A DNA stretch of 64,000 nt from Octopus sinensis (Eukaryota). Positions within the stretch are counted from its first letter, which is position 1, and every line of letters starts with the position of its first letter. The position numbers and the translations under genes are program-made. Of the stretch, positions 11,991 through 23,283 are shown piece after piece. A model generated the notes under the pieces. It worked only from the letters and a program-made list of their open reading frames with translations. It made no database searches and was not told the origin of the DNA. The DNA lies in the NCBI RefSeq assembly GCF_006345805.1, contig NC_042998.1, forward strand, positions 94,798,001 to 94,862,000, written 5' to 3'.

Positions 11991-12340
11991 AAACCACACA
12001 CATAAATACATACATATATATATATATGTACATAAATCTTTAGTTAAATGTACTCAATGAGTATCATATACTGAATTTATATTGAGTGCTCTATTGTATC
12101 AAAGTATTAATACTATTAAAGCAATTATATATTTAATACGAGCGATTATATATATTTTATAATATATTATTATTAATATCAGGAAATCATTATTAGAAAA
12201 TTCTTCAGAAAGATATATATGTTTGTAAAATAATTGCTATATTAAAAATATAAATGTATATAAAAATATATGTAAATATGTATAAATATAAATATATAAT
12301 GTATATGACAGTTTAAAAGTTTTGAATTAAGTTTTTAAAG

Positions 12341-12432
12341 CATCTTACAATCATTTCACGGAAGTGCTGTCCTTATAATGGAATCCTATATTGATAAGCA
12401 TTTATAGACAACTCTTCTGCTCTTCAGAGATA
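12341..12432 (-). ncRNA. Decayed type I hammerhead
   Basis: Minus strand: AUCU CUGAAGA GCAGAAG..CUUCCGU GAAA U GAUU GUA AGAU. Stem I is 4-5 bp and stem II is long. Confidence 0.6.
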
Positions 12433-12568
12433 TAAAATTTGAATTTTGTATAATATATCAAATGGTAGTTTTTTAAAAAATTTGAAATCAAAAGCAGTAA
12501 TTTTTAATTTCAAACAAACATCATTTTATAGTATTACTTCAAATTAGGGTTAGGGTTAGAGTGTAAGT

Positions 12569-13280
12569 GCCCTGAAAGAAATGTTGGACATTAGATGCAT
12601 CGGGTGTGGCATGCAAGAGAGATGTTTGTGCTAGTATGGTCATGTACTATGGATGGATGAGGAGAAATGTGTGAAGAAGTGCCACTCTCAAACAGTTGAA
12701 GGAATCCGGGGTAGAGGTAGACCCAGGAAGACATGGGATGAGGTGGTCAAGCATGACTTTCGAACATTGGGCACAGAGGCAATGACAAAAGACCGAGACT
12801 TCTGGAGATATGCTGTGACTGCGAAGACCCAACAAATAACGTGAGTTCATGGCTGTTTCCTGCACCAGCTTCACATGACCAGTCCCAGCCCATTCAAAGT
12901 ACCTTCAATCATAGGGCGAACTGCTGTGCTTGGGGAGACCTATTGAGTCAAGTACATCAACATCAAAATAAAAATCAAATGGAAATTGTAGTTGTTATAC
13001 CTGTACTGGTGGCACGTAAAAAGCACCATCCGAACATGGCCGATGCCAGTGCCGCCTTGACTGGCTTCCATGCTGGTGGCACGTAAAAAGCGCCAACCAA
13101 TCATGGCCATTGCCAGCCTCCCTTGGCCCCCGTGCCAGTGGCACGTAAAAAGCACCCACTACACTCACGGAGTGGTTGGCATTAGGAAGGGCATCCAGCT
13201 GTATAAACACTGCCAGATCAGACTGGAGTCTGGTGCAGCCTCCTAGCTTCCCAGACCCCGGTCAAACCATCCAAACCATG
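12569..13280 (+). mobile_element. 5'-truncated RTE LINE (ORF end plus 3' UTR)
   Basis: Encodes GRGRPRKTWDEVVKHDFRTLG..DRDFWRYAV, homologous to the C-terminus at 30826-30960, followed by the same UTR with diverged repeat units. Confidence 0.85.
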
Positions 13281-13398
13281 GGTGGCCAAGAGTAGGGAAT
13301 CACCAACAAAATAGTGAATGCAAGGATGCTGCTGTTACAGCTCATGTCCCCAAACTACTACTACTACTACTACAACTGCCGCCGCCGCCACCACCATC

Positions 13399-13429
<31 letters not shown>

Positions 13430-14028
13430 TCACCACCACCACCACCACCACCACCACTACTTCTATCATGATATATCAAAGTTGATGTCAGATGATGGAG
13501 TGGAGAAGATTTTGTGCAACCTACTCATGAGTTCAAATCCACTGTTGGCATTTTCTCACACTACATAGAATATTTTATTTTATGATGCTTCAGTTCACCT
13601 AACTGTCTGGAATAATTACAAGAGTTTCTGGCAAAAAGGTCAATAGAGCTGATTACCTACTTGTACATATACCTTTGATCATGAAAGGTTAATTAATTAA
13701 GTTTATTGGACCCAGTCAAGGAAGAAATAAATACTTGTGGGATTTTTAGAATAAATATTTATTATTCTGTTGTTGTTGCTTTTTATCATACAGATGCAAA
13801 ATACTTGGAAAGAGAGAGAGGGGGGAGGAAGAGAGGGAGGGATCAGAGGTTACAAAGATATACATACAGAAATATGCATGTTTATTTTCAATAGTTGCAG
13901 ATCCAGAATTCACTACTCAACATCTAAGAATATTGATTACAGTGATGATTTGTTAGTAGAGTCACAGTTTTGGATAGAAGTCCATAATAGTTGTGCACAG
14001 GCAAAACATTGGTAATAATAATGAATTA

Positions 14029-14148
14029 TTATATAACAAAACTTCTCCGTATGTCAACAACAAAGACGTTTTCAAGGCTCCATGATGTTTGTGCTAAAAC
14101 TGGGATATGGTCTTGTAGTAACTGATCAAAGGAAGGCCATTGTATTTG
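14029..14148 (-). CDS. Candidate host exon, QIQWPSFDQLLQDHIPVLAQTSWSLENVFVVDIRRSF
   Basis: ttttctatctaaacag acceptor and an open frame, but no strong donor. Confidence 0.25.
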   Translation of the reverse strand, partial: QIQWPSFDQLLQDHIPVLAQTSWSLENVFVVDIRRSFVI

Positions 14149-14299
14149 CTGTTTAGATAGAAAATCATGTCACCTTGCAATAGAGGGTAAAATCTATAAA
14201 AATAGTATAAATAAGTGTTCTTCCCAATATATACAGCATGACTGTGTGATTAAGAAGTTTGCTCCCCAACTACATCAATTCTTCATTTTCATAATTTTG

Positions 14300-14570
14300 C
14301 TTTCAGAACTGGGTGGTGTTCATAAATAGTTGCCATTTGGCGTTCTTTGAGATCTTAACCTCCATTTGTTTATCAATTAGTTTGAGTTTTCGTTTTTGTG
14401 ATTGTGTCCCATTCTGAAACTATTTAAGACCATCTTTTCTCTAAGTTTTCTCTGTTGATCAGGTTCATTTGGAATGTTTTTTATTTGCAGTTTCTTAGGG
14501 TAAGCACAAGATGTTAAGTTGAACAAACTTACTCCTAACTGGTTCAGCTTAATGTCAGTGGATCATATAT
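14300..14570 (-). pseudogene. Possible degenerate GIY-YIG endonuclease C-terminus (Penelope-like)
   Basis: About 90 open codons including EPDQQRKLREKMVLNSFRMGHN. This loosely resembles the RE.FWI..L.T..P.GLN ending of Penelope endonucleases. Confidence 0.25.
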
Positions 14571-15062
14571 CCAAAAAGAAAGCACACTCTAAATGTTAAA
14601 GCAATAATGTATTTACAGGAAGTTATATGGTCAGTCAATCACTTTTCTATCTCCAGTTTGAAAAGATGCTATATGTTTGCGGTCATTGGAGTTTGATGAG
14701 TCATTTATAAGTCTAAGCACTTTATGAATGTGTAGCTATCAGTCACTCTGTGACCAGCCATGTAATTAACTTGCTGTAAATGTATATATATATAAACAAC
14801 TTATAAGCAAGGGCAAAAGAAAAATTATTTCTATGCCAATATGCTGATAACAGACTTTAAATTGTCAATTTCCACATTTCATTATACATTCACTATAAAT
14901 ACACGTTGTGCCGGAATTGAGGAAAGCTAGCCAATAGAATTTTTTTAAAAGTTCGTTATTTCTATATTGTTTATAATTTTAACCTTTAAAGGTATTTTAA
15001 TATGCTGCCACTTTTGATGAAATTTTTCTGAAAAAAATTTTATCCTATATATATATATATAT

Positions 15063-17181
15063 GGGATCCCTTCAAAAGAGTGACATATCAAAAAGTGACA
15101 TAACAAAAGAGTGACATGACGTTTTAAGTTATTACATCCCACAAAGAGAAAGGTATTGTGATTTTGTTTTTTTTCTTTGCTTTTATGTTTATGTGTCAAT
15201 CCTAAGTTAGAGCCCTGAAGGTTTGTATTCTGTGTGATAAAAAGATTTACACATACATGTATAAAAAAGGTTTCAAAGATATCATCTAAAAACACTTAAA
15301 ACCTTTATTTTTAAAAAATGTACAATTGAATAATACATAAACATAAAATAGCTAAAAAAACATTATTTTTAAAAGTCATTAACTTCATCTTCATTATGAT
15401 GCCTGTTGCATTAACTAATATGTAAATTGTGAACAATTCCTCTGATATAGTCATTTAAAAATAGCTCCCTGTCTACCTAAAATTGTTACAAATCTATTTT
15501 CTCTTTGAATGTGTTCTTTCTTGTTTTTCCTCAAATTAATCCCTGAAATTAAATGTTTTACCTCTTGGTCTGTGTGATGATCCTCTTTTATGTACTCCCT
15601 AATCATTGAGTGTACTCCCACATGGTATCATTCAATGGCTTTTTCAAATCCCCTGTGCCAAGCCTCTACACCATTGTTTGTTCTTGGGAAATTGTATGTT
15701 TTCAAGTGATAAATGCTCCACACAGTCACATCAAATCGTGGGGGATGATGTATTTGGTTTTGTTGTGGTCTTCCCCTACTTAATGAAATTATGGGTCTGC
15801 CATGCAATATTTATAAACTGGTTCAGATTCATTTGGAATATGGATTTCATCAGGATGTAAAAATGTGAGAACAGCCAGCTGTTATTAAACTTAGGGTTAA
15901 ACTCTTGTTATTTTTATATGCATCAACAAGGCTGTTCTTTTGAATACTTTGGTAAATACTTTGACATAGGTGAAAGAAGGATCCTGATATTCTAGCTTCA
16001 GGAATTTTTTCTTTGAGGGCTTTGATGCTAGACAACTCAAAATCTACTACAATGAATGTAGGGTTTAACTGAATTCCTTTTGATTCTACAACCGAGGTTA
16101 AGTGTTCTAGCATTCATGAATATATCTGTGTTGTTTTCCCAGTCAGAAATACATAAACAACTGGGAAAATATATTCTTGGAACCTGTAATGGATACTATA
16201 TAACTGATAAAAAAGTCATGGACAAGTTTTAAATGTTCCACCTAAAAACTGGGTGTCACAGTTAGCTAATCTTTGTAAATTATCTTCACTATCGAAAGTT
16301 ATAATTCTCTCTTGGAGCTCATCCCCACTTTCTTCAATTTGTTCATTCAAAGTGTTGCCATCTATCTTTGTGTCAAACAAAAAGAAGTTTCTTTTCCTGG
16401 TTTGCGTGACCTTTAAGTTCTCTGGGATTACCATATCTATCGCACAATTTGATTCCACTGGAAATTCTTTTTTACAAATGCAATGAATAAGTTACCTCAT
16501 AGCTGATGTACTTGGCATTTCAATGGCATCATTTATATCTAGTTTCTGCTGAGCTTCCTGCATAATTGCTGCTGGTGTAGAATTTGTAGCTCTGGCCTTA
16601 CTTTTCAATTCATCAAGAGCTTATGTTACTTCCTTTCTTCCTGCAAATGGTGCATGAGTATGTGCCTTTCCCTCGGATATCCAGCCACCATGTGTAACCC
16701 ATGAAGGGTTACAAAACCACTACAACTTTTGTCCACACACCTGAAATAATGATTCTGGTCTTGGAAGATGGGCTCCCTAAAGAATAGTTTATCTTTACCT
16801 TTCTGAGATTTGACAAATTCGTATTCATCCATTATGATATTTCAAAAGAGTGACATAAAAGAGTGACAATCCAAATAAAAAACTTTAGCAGTTGTTTAAG
16901 TATTTTTCCTATTCGGGAAGAGCTCAAACTTAAAACTATTTCAATGGTAATTGACTTCATGGTTCTGTAAGGATATCGTGCATACAACTATTGACTTAAC
17001 CATCACTTAAAATAAGAGTGTTAGAATGTTTTTAGGAAAATAGTTCAGTTGACTGTGGAGCTTTTGGTCATTTATTCTATTGCTGATAGCGAAGTTTTAT
17101 TTTTCATTATTGTCTTTATTTAGATTTGTCACTCTTTTGTTATGTTACTCTTTTGAAATGTCACTCCTTCAATACACACCC
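15063..17181 (-). mobile_element. Degenerate Mutator-like (MULE) DNA transposon
   Basis: Imperfect ~54-bp TIRs built from aaaagagtgacat (15063-15116 and 17127-17181). Fragments: FLYWCH-like YEFVKSQKGKDKL..CVDKSC, DDE LGGTFKTCP and VDFELSSIKA..GSFFHLCQS, broken by stops and frameshifts. Confidence 0.85.
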
Positions 17182-17643
17182 ATATGAAGTGAAACCATTT
17201 GAAGAGGCCAGGATAATGCAAGTAAGACTCAAAAGAGATCTAAGGAAGAATGTAACAATCCAGAAGGTGAATAACAATGACCTTCTTGTGTGCACAGTCT
17301 GTGACAGACCATGCCTGTCTTTTGCAGGCCTCAAATCTCATTTGCAAACTCATGGAAAACGAACCTTCACCAACACTTCTGCCTATATGTCTGCTGTGCA
17401 CACCTTTGAAAGCAGTGTAGGCCAGAAGGTTTGCAAATCGAACGAAAGCCTCAAAAGACATGCTAAGATTCACAAAGAGCAGAATTTATCTGCAGGTCTT
17501 GGTAGTCCAAATCAGAGGTGCAATCAATGTGGGTATCTTTTCAGGACATTTTCTGGTTTAAAAAGCCTCATCAGACGCCATGATGGTGCTAAGGTGTAGG
17601 TACAGGAGATGGTCAAACTCTGTACAAGGAGTAGACATCCACC
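17182..17643 (+). mobile_element. 3' end of an RTE-type LINE with three C2H2-like zinc fingers
   Basis: FEEARIMQVRLKRDLRK, then CTVCDRPCLSFAGLKSHLQTH, a Cys-less finger and CNQC..KSLIRRH. Stop at 17599, short UTR, then (TA)n. Confidence 0.7.
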
Positions 17644-17757
17644 ATATATATATTGATAAAAATGGTAAGATAACAAAAGAAAGAAAGAGACCTCGATATT
17701 ATGTAAATAGAGGAATTTATCTGTAAATGTAATATGTGACAATAATTCAGTAGCCAA

Positions 17758-17818
17758 GATAAAACTCCAAGTTTCGGATGCTGAGGTGGAAATCCATGCC
17801 ACCATCTCTTCAGTTATC
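17758..17818 (-). ncRNA. Minimal type I hammerhead, family 2
   Basis: Minus strand: GAUAA CUGAAGA GAUG..CAUC C GAAAC UUGGA GUU UUAUC. It lies in a repeat homologous to 4013-4172 and is followed by a local fold-back (17789-17843). Confidence 0.65.
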
Positions 17819-18050
17819 TGAAGAGATGGTGGCATGGATTTCCATTCTTAGATGGAGCAACTCCATCTAAGAATATCTGAAGAAATAATTTTATTCCAAA
17901 ATGTTATCAGACTATGGATGACTAAATTACAACAGGTATATAGCCCACTGTTTGTATTATAGTGCATTGTTGTACTGTTCAAAACATTTTATTCTTTACA
18001 AACAATACACAATGCTTCAAGCGAACTACAATACTCTCATATATATATAT

Positions 18051-18111
<61 letters not shown>

Positions 18112-18381
18112 ATATATATATATATGTATGTATGTATACGTGTATATTTGTGTGTGTGTCTCTGTCTGTCCACCCACCATTGCTTGACAACCGATGCTGG
18201 TGCATTTATGTCCCTGTAACATAGCAGTTTGGCAAAAGAAACTGATAGAATAAGTTCCAGGCTTACAAGAATAAGTCCTGGTGTCGATTTGTTCAACTAA
18301 AGGGAGTGCTAAAGCATGGCCACAGTTAAATGACTGAAACAAGTAAAAGAATAAAAGAAAAAAAGAATATATATATATATA

Positions 18382-18435
<54 letters not shown>

Positions 18436-18775
18436 ATACATACACACACATATATGAGATCCAAGTTGACGGGCCCCTGATATTAAATAAAGTATCAACA
18501 CTCATGACATGCAAATTAGTAGCTCTAGTTCTTTGTAGTTCCTGGAATTGTTGAGTATAAACACAGACTGGCTGTTTGTATAGTTCAGGGGTTGGTGAAA
18601 TTGATGTGGATATTTCTGATGAGAACGCAAAAAGGGTAAAATACTTGATTAAACCTGTTCATAATGAATAGGTGTATGCATGCATGAGGACTTAAAAATT
18701 TCTGCTCTGGTTCCCAGATATGAATTTAGTCTATAAGGATTGTTTGGTTTCTGAGCTGTGGTGAAGGCAACTAAC

Positions 18776-18903
18776 CCAGGAGATGGAGAACTCTAATAGG
18801 AAAGCCTGAGGTACATTGTCCATTGAGTTTGTGTCAAACATTTGCCCCAACTTTCTGCTGTCAGCATTTTGGAAAACTGTGGTTGGTCCTACATAAGCTT
18901 TCA
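18776..18903 (-). CDS. Candidate host exon, (V)KAYVGPTTVFQNADSRKLGQMFDTNSMDNVPQAFLLEFSISW
   Basis: Strong ttttcattgttttcaatag acceptor and GTTAGT donor. It is the only open frame of the three. Confidence 0.4.
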
Positions 18904-19092
18904 CTATTGAAAACAATGAAAAATTAAGATATAAGAATAAAAACTTTAATCATCCATGCTCAATTATAAATGCAATAATAAATAGTATATAGGATATCAC
19001 AACTACCAGCAACTGAGATGATATTCCACTCACACACCAAATATTATGACATAGCGCTAGCAACAGCTGGATATAACACAAAATCAAATATG

Positions 19093-19306
19093 TGTCTAAC
19101 AATAGTTTCAAATTTTGCTACAAGTCCAACAAGTTCCAGGAAAAGGATAAGTCAATTACATCGACCCCAGTACACTTATTTAATGACCCCAAAAAGGTGA
19201 AAGGCAAAGTTGACCTTGGCAGAATTTGAACTCAGAATGTAAAGACAGATGAAATGTTGCTACACCCTTTGCCTGACATGCTAATGATTCTACCAGCTCA
19301 CTGCTT
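19093..19306 (-). mobile_element. tRNA-derived SINE (same family as 8750-9514)
   Basis: Same motifs. Further copies at ~26105-26500(+, two), 35226-35450(+), 40507-40717(-), 41541-41680(+) and 41998-42208(-). Confidence 0.8.
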
Positions 19307-20331
19307 AATATATGCCTAATAATAGCTATGCTATTATAACATGCAACAATATAGCAGTAGACAGAGTAAGGAACATAGGATAACTGGAGGTGGCATTATA
19401 AACACTACAGAAAAAGAATACTTTAAATCTTCTTAGAGAAGTAGGAATAAGAATACTACATAGAGAACTAGGAGTAAAAATAAGGTAAATGTAAATGTAT
19501 TGCTGAAATAATATTGATATGATGTATAATTTCATATATTATATAATAATATTTCAGTAATGACCTTCTGGTAAAATGTTGATGAAACAATTGTAGTACT
19601 ATGCAATGAAATGTATTGCTCACTTCATTCTCTTTTTTAATACTTACACACACACAAGAATTTTTAAGAACAATAGCTGACAGGCTGTAACTTTGCTTCT
19701 CTATTTCCATTGATCATGGGGAATATTTTTTTAAAATTTTATTTAGTGTCAAGGTATTTCTAGTAAAAAAAAATTAAAGAAAACATTTAAAAAATTGTCA
19801 TTAAAAACTGTGACTGAATGTGTTAATATAAATAATAGCATCGTTTGAATGGTCAGAAATTTTAAAACTAACTTAACATATCTTTCAACACAACTTCTAA
19901 AAACATAGCCTTCCACTTTCTTTGCTTTGTATGCTTCTCTCTATCTCCCTCTCTCCCTCTCTCCACCCCCTCTCATTTCCCCCTATCTTTGCTTTCTTTC
20001 CACAACTCTTTCCTGCTCTTCTTATTTTCTTTGATCATCTTTTCTTCCTCTTTCCCTCACATCCACACATTTTTTTTCTAAATTTATTCCATTGTTTTTG
20101 TTTTGTTTTTTAACTATAGCTTTTATTCTTATTGAGTATGTATACAATGATGATAAATATATCTTTTAAAATGTTTCTGACAAACTCTGGAAATAATGAA
20201 ATGAGCCAGCAGACCATAAGAAATTATTCTTAATAAATTAAATATATACTACTGTCAAATGTAGTGAACCCTTCCTGGACTGTGGATCCACTAATCATAT
20301 AATTAGATGAATTATATATATGTATGTATAT

Positions 20332-20412
<81 letters not shown>

Positions 20413-20461
20413 TGTGTACAGTGCTCAGGTGCACTACAACTCATCTAAGGTGTATATATAA

Positions 20462-23227
20462 TCAGGTGTAGTTTCGGCGGATTTCGGAAAGCATGAGGGC
20501 CTTAAAAGATGCAGTGTCATGGCAGTCAACAACTGACGCAGGCAGTTTATTCCATGCTTCAGCAACTCTGAGCATGAAAAAATGTTTCCGAAAGTCATGG
20601 GAGCTGTATTGTTTTCTGACTTTGTAGGCATGTCCACGTGTGTTAGACACATGGAGATCAAAAAGGTGTTCAGTGTTGTTGTTGGTGAGGTGGTTGATAA
20701 CTTTGTGGGTGTTTACCAAGTCCGTCGCCAAACGCCGGAGCTTCAGTGAATCCATGCCCAGGGAAACAAGGCGCTCAGAATATGGTAGGTGTCTGATGGA
20801 GGGTATGCGTTTGGTTGCACGTCTCTGGACAGATTCCAGGAGGTCAATGTTCTGTGCAAGATAGGGGTTCCAAACTGATGATGCGAATTCCAAGTGTGGT
20901 CGTACCATAGCTGTATACAGTTTTAAATAGATGGCTGGAGAGCGGCTAACAAAAGACCTGCTGAGTGATGCCAAGACACCCTCGGCCTTCCTGACAATCT
21001 TAGAGATATGCTTTGACCAACGCAAATCACTGCTGACAGTGATGCCTAGGTCACGCTCGCAAGAGGATTTCTTGATATCAGTGTTGTGGAGGGAGTATGT
21101 GAACGCAGGGTTTTTTCTCCCAAAATGCATGGTGGTACACTTGTCCACAGCCAGTTTCAGTTGCCAGTCTGTGATCCATTGCTGCATTGTGTCTAGGTCT
21201 GATTGCAGGAAAGAGTTGTAGACATCAGGATCTGTCCTCTTGATTTCAAGGTACAGCTTGATGTTGTCTGCATATTTCAATACTGTGACATTCTTTAAAT
21301 TGGCATCTATGTCGTTAATGTATGCCACAAACAAGAGGGGACCAAAGACAGATCCCTGTGGTACACCCGATGACATCTCATATGGTGTAGAGTGCTGTCC
21401 TAGAACTGTGACTACCTCCTTTCGGCTGAGGATGAAGGATTTCAACCAGTTAAAAAGGTCATCCCCCACACCCATTGCAGAGAGTTTCACCATAAGCCTT
21501 TTGTGTGGCACAGAGTTGAAAGCCTTAGCAAAGTCAAGGTAGACAACATCCACCCATGAGCCACTGTCAGTAATCTGAGTAATGTCCTCAAGGAACTCGA
21601 CAAGCTGGTCACTGCAGCTGGAGTTAGGGACAAATCCATATTGTGAGGGTCGGATGAGACTGTGAGAGCTCCAGAAGTTCCAGAGTGTTTCTCTGACACA
21701 CGATTCCATCAGTTTTGCAATACAGCTAGTGAGACTGACTGGGCGATAGTTGACAGGTGATGTGCGGTCGCCCTTTTTGAACAGAGGAATGACACTGGCA
21801 GTTTTCCACTGCTCCGGAGTAGCACCATTGTTGAGACAGTACTGGAAGAAAATAGAAAGCTGGTGTAAAAGGAAGTGCCTGCCACGTTTGAGAAGCAGGT
21901 ATGTAACTCCATCGAGACCAGGGGAGGCATAGTTGTGCTTATTTTGAAGGTGACGTCGCAGCATTGCAGGTGTAAATTCCATAGTTGTTATGGAGTTTGC
22001 TGTTAGTGATGGTGAAGATGGTACATTTTGACTTTCAACAGTGAATATGTTTGCATAGCACTCGGCAATGAGTTCTGCGCATTCCTTGGGGTCGTCAGTG
22101 ATCTGGTTTGTGTGAGGGTTGCGAAGAGGGCCCACTGGAGAGTGAGGTCTCTGCTTTGAGTGCACATATTTCCAGAAAACCTTGCTGTCAGGATTGGCTG
22201 CTATGCACTGTTCAAATTCAAGCACTGCTTTTTTTGTCACTTGCTTGAGATGGTTGGAGGATTTATTCCGCTTCTTCCTGTTGGTGTCTGATTTATGCAA
22301 CCTGTATTCCCGTTCAGCAGTCCGACGTTCCCTCCTGGCAAGTCGGACCGCTGAAGTTTCCCAAATTGCCCTTTTGGGGCGGTTCTTCTTTTTTTGTTTA
22401 CGTGGCACTGATGCTGCACATGCTGCCCATATTGAGTCCAGGATACTCTGGAGTATAGTATTCACATCTCCAGAGTTGTAGAATTCACGCCAGTTTGGGT
22501 GCTGTAGTTCAGTGTGGTACAGGTTCCAATCTGCTCTCTTCCAATCGAAGGAAGCAGATTGGAGATGGTTCAGGTTTTTGTTGCCCGCAAGAGCCAGATT
22601 GGCGATGATCATAGCATGATCAGAGTCACCTAGAGGTTCCTCCGTAGTGCAATTGATAACCGCTTCAGGAGTTGTGGTGAAGAGCAGGTCCAAGGTGTTG
22701 TCGCCTCTTGTTGGAGAGGTGACTACTTGTGACCAGTTTGAGTCCAGCACAAGCTCAACAAAATCGTTTGCACTCTGTGGCCAATGGAAGGTCTCCCAAT
22801 CGATCTCAGGATGATTGAAATCGCCTGCAATAAACACATAAGTGGCTGTTTTCCTGGCAGCAGCTCGGAGGACATTGCAAAGCTGTGTGTCCCGATGGTA
22901 ACTTGGGGGACGATAAACAACGCCAAGCAGGAGTGTTGACATGGTCATACGCACGTCACAGAAAAAAACTTCTTCTTGTGATTCGTTCAAATCGGCACAA
23001 GGAATTACCAAAAAATTTGAACGAACGTAGACCATCACACCACCACCACGGCGGTTAGTGCGGTCCTTACGGAAGAGGTTGTACCCCGTAATGTTGAAAA
23101 CCCCATCACAGAGTAAGGAATGCGCCCATGTTTCCGTGACAGTGATGAAGTCAGGGTCAACACTTCTGATGTAGGCGTTGAACAAATGTATTTTGTTGCA
23201 TAAACTGCGAGCATTTAAGGACAACAA
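20462..23227 (-). CDS. LINE ORF2: APE endonuclease plus reverse transcriptase (catalytic motif altered)
   Basis: EN motifs NARSL, TETW, GDFN and SDH. RT motifs NYRPVSL, DFAKAFNSV, PQGSVFGPLLF and YADN. 921 uninterrupted codons. Confidence 0.95.
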   Translation of the reverse strand: MLSLNARSLCNKIHLFNAYIRSVDPDFITVTETWAHSLLCDGVFNITGYNLFRKDRTNRRGGGVMVYVRSNFLVIPCADLNESQEEVFFCDVRMTMSTLLLGVVYRPPSYHRDTQLCNVLRAAARKTATYVFIAGDFNHPEIDWETFHWPQSANDFVELVLDSNWSQVVTSPTRGDNTLDLLFTTTPEAVINCTTEEPLGDSDHAMIIANLALAGNKNLNHLQSASFDWKRADWNLYHTELQHPNWREFYNSGDVNTILQSILDSIWAACAASVPRKQKKKNRPKRAIWETSAVRLARRERRTAEREYRLHKSDTNRKKRNKSSNHLKQVTKKAVLEFEQCIAANPDSKVFWKYVHSKQRPHSPVGPLRNPHTNQITDDPKECAELIAECYANIFTVESQNVPSSPSLTANSITTMEFTPAMLRRHLQNKHNYASPGLDGVTYLLLKRGRHFLLHQLSIFFQYCLNNGATPEQWKTASVIPLFKKGDRTSPVNYRPVSLTSCIAKLMESCVRETLWNFWSSHSLIRPSQYGFVPNSSCSDQLVEFLEDITQITDSGSWVDVVYLDFAKAFNSVPHKRLMVKLSAMGVGDDLFNWLKSFILSRKEVVTVLGQHSTPYEMSSGVPQGSVFGPLLFVAYINDIDANLKNVTVLKYADNIKLYLEIKRTDPDVYNSFLQSDLDTMQQWITDWQLKLAVDKCTTMHFGRKNPAFTYSLHNTDIKKSSCERDLGITVSSDLRWSKHISKIVRKAEGVLASLSRSFVSRSPAIYLKLYTAMVRPHLEFASSVWNPYLAQNIDLLESVQRRATKRIPSIRHLPYSERLVSLGMDSLKLRRLATDLVNTHKVINHLTNNNTEHLFDLHVSNTRGHAYKVRKQYSSHDFRKHFFMLRVAEAWNKLPASVVDCHDTASFKALMLSEIRRNYT

Positions 23228-23283
23228 TTTGTACCCTGCTCGCAGTTTATGATGGTGTGTAGAGGATGGCAGGTTGTTCTGGC

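Noticed and set aside
17126-17599. Host C2H2 zinc-finger gene
   Set aside because: The ORF start lies in the MULE TIR, two fingers have lost ligands, and the context matches a LINE 3' end.
19657-19760. Minus-strand exon with in-frame TGA (possible selenocysteine)
   Set aside because: The splice-like sites are good but all three frames contain stops. I saw no SECIS or homology, so a chance match or an indel is more likely.
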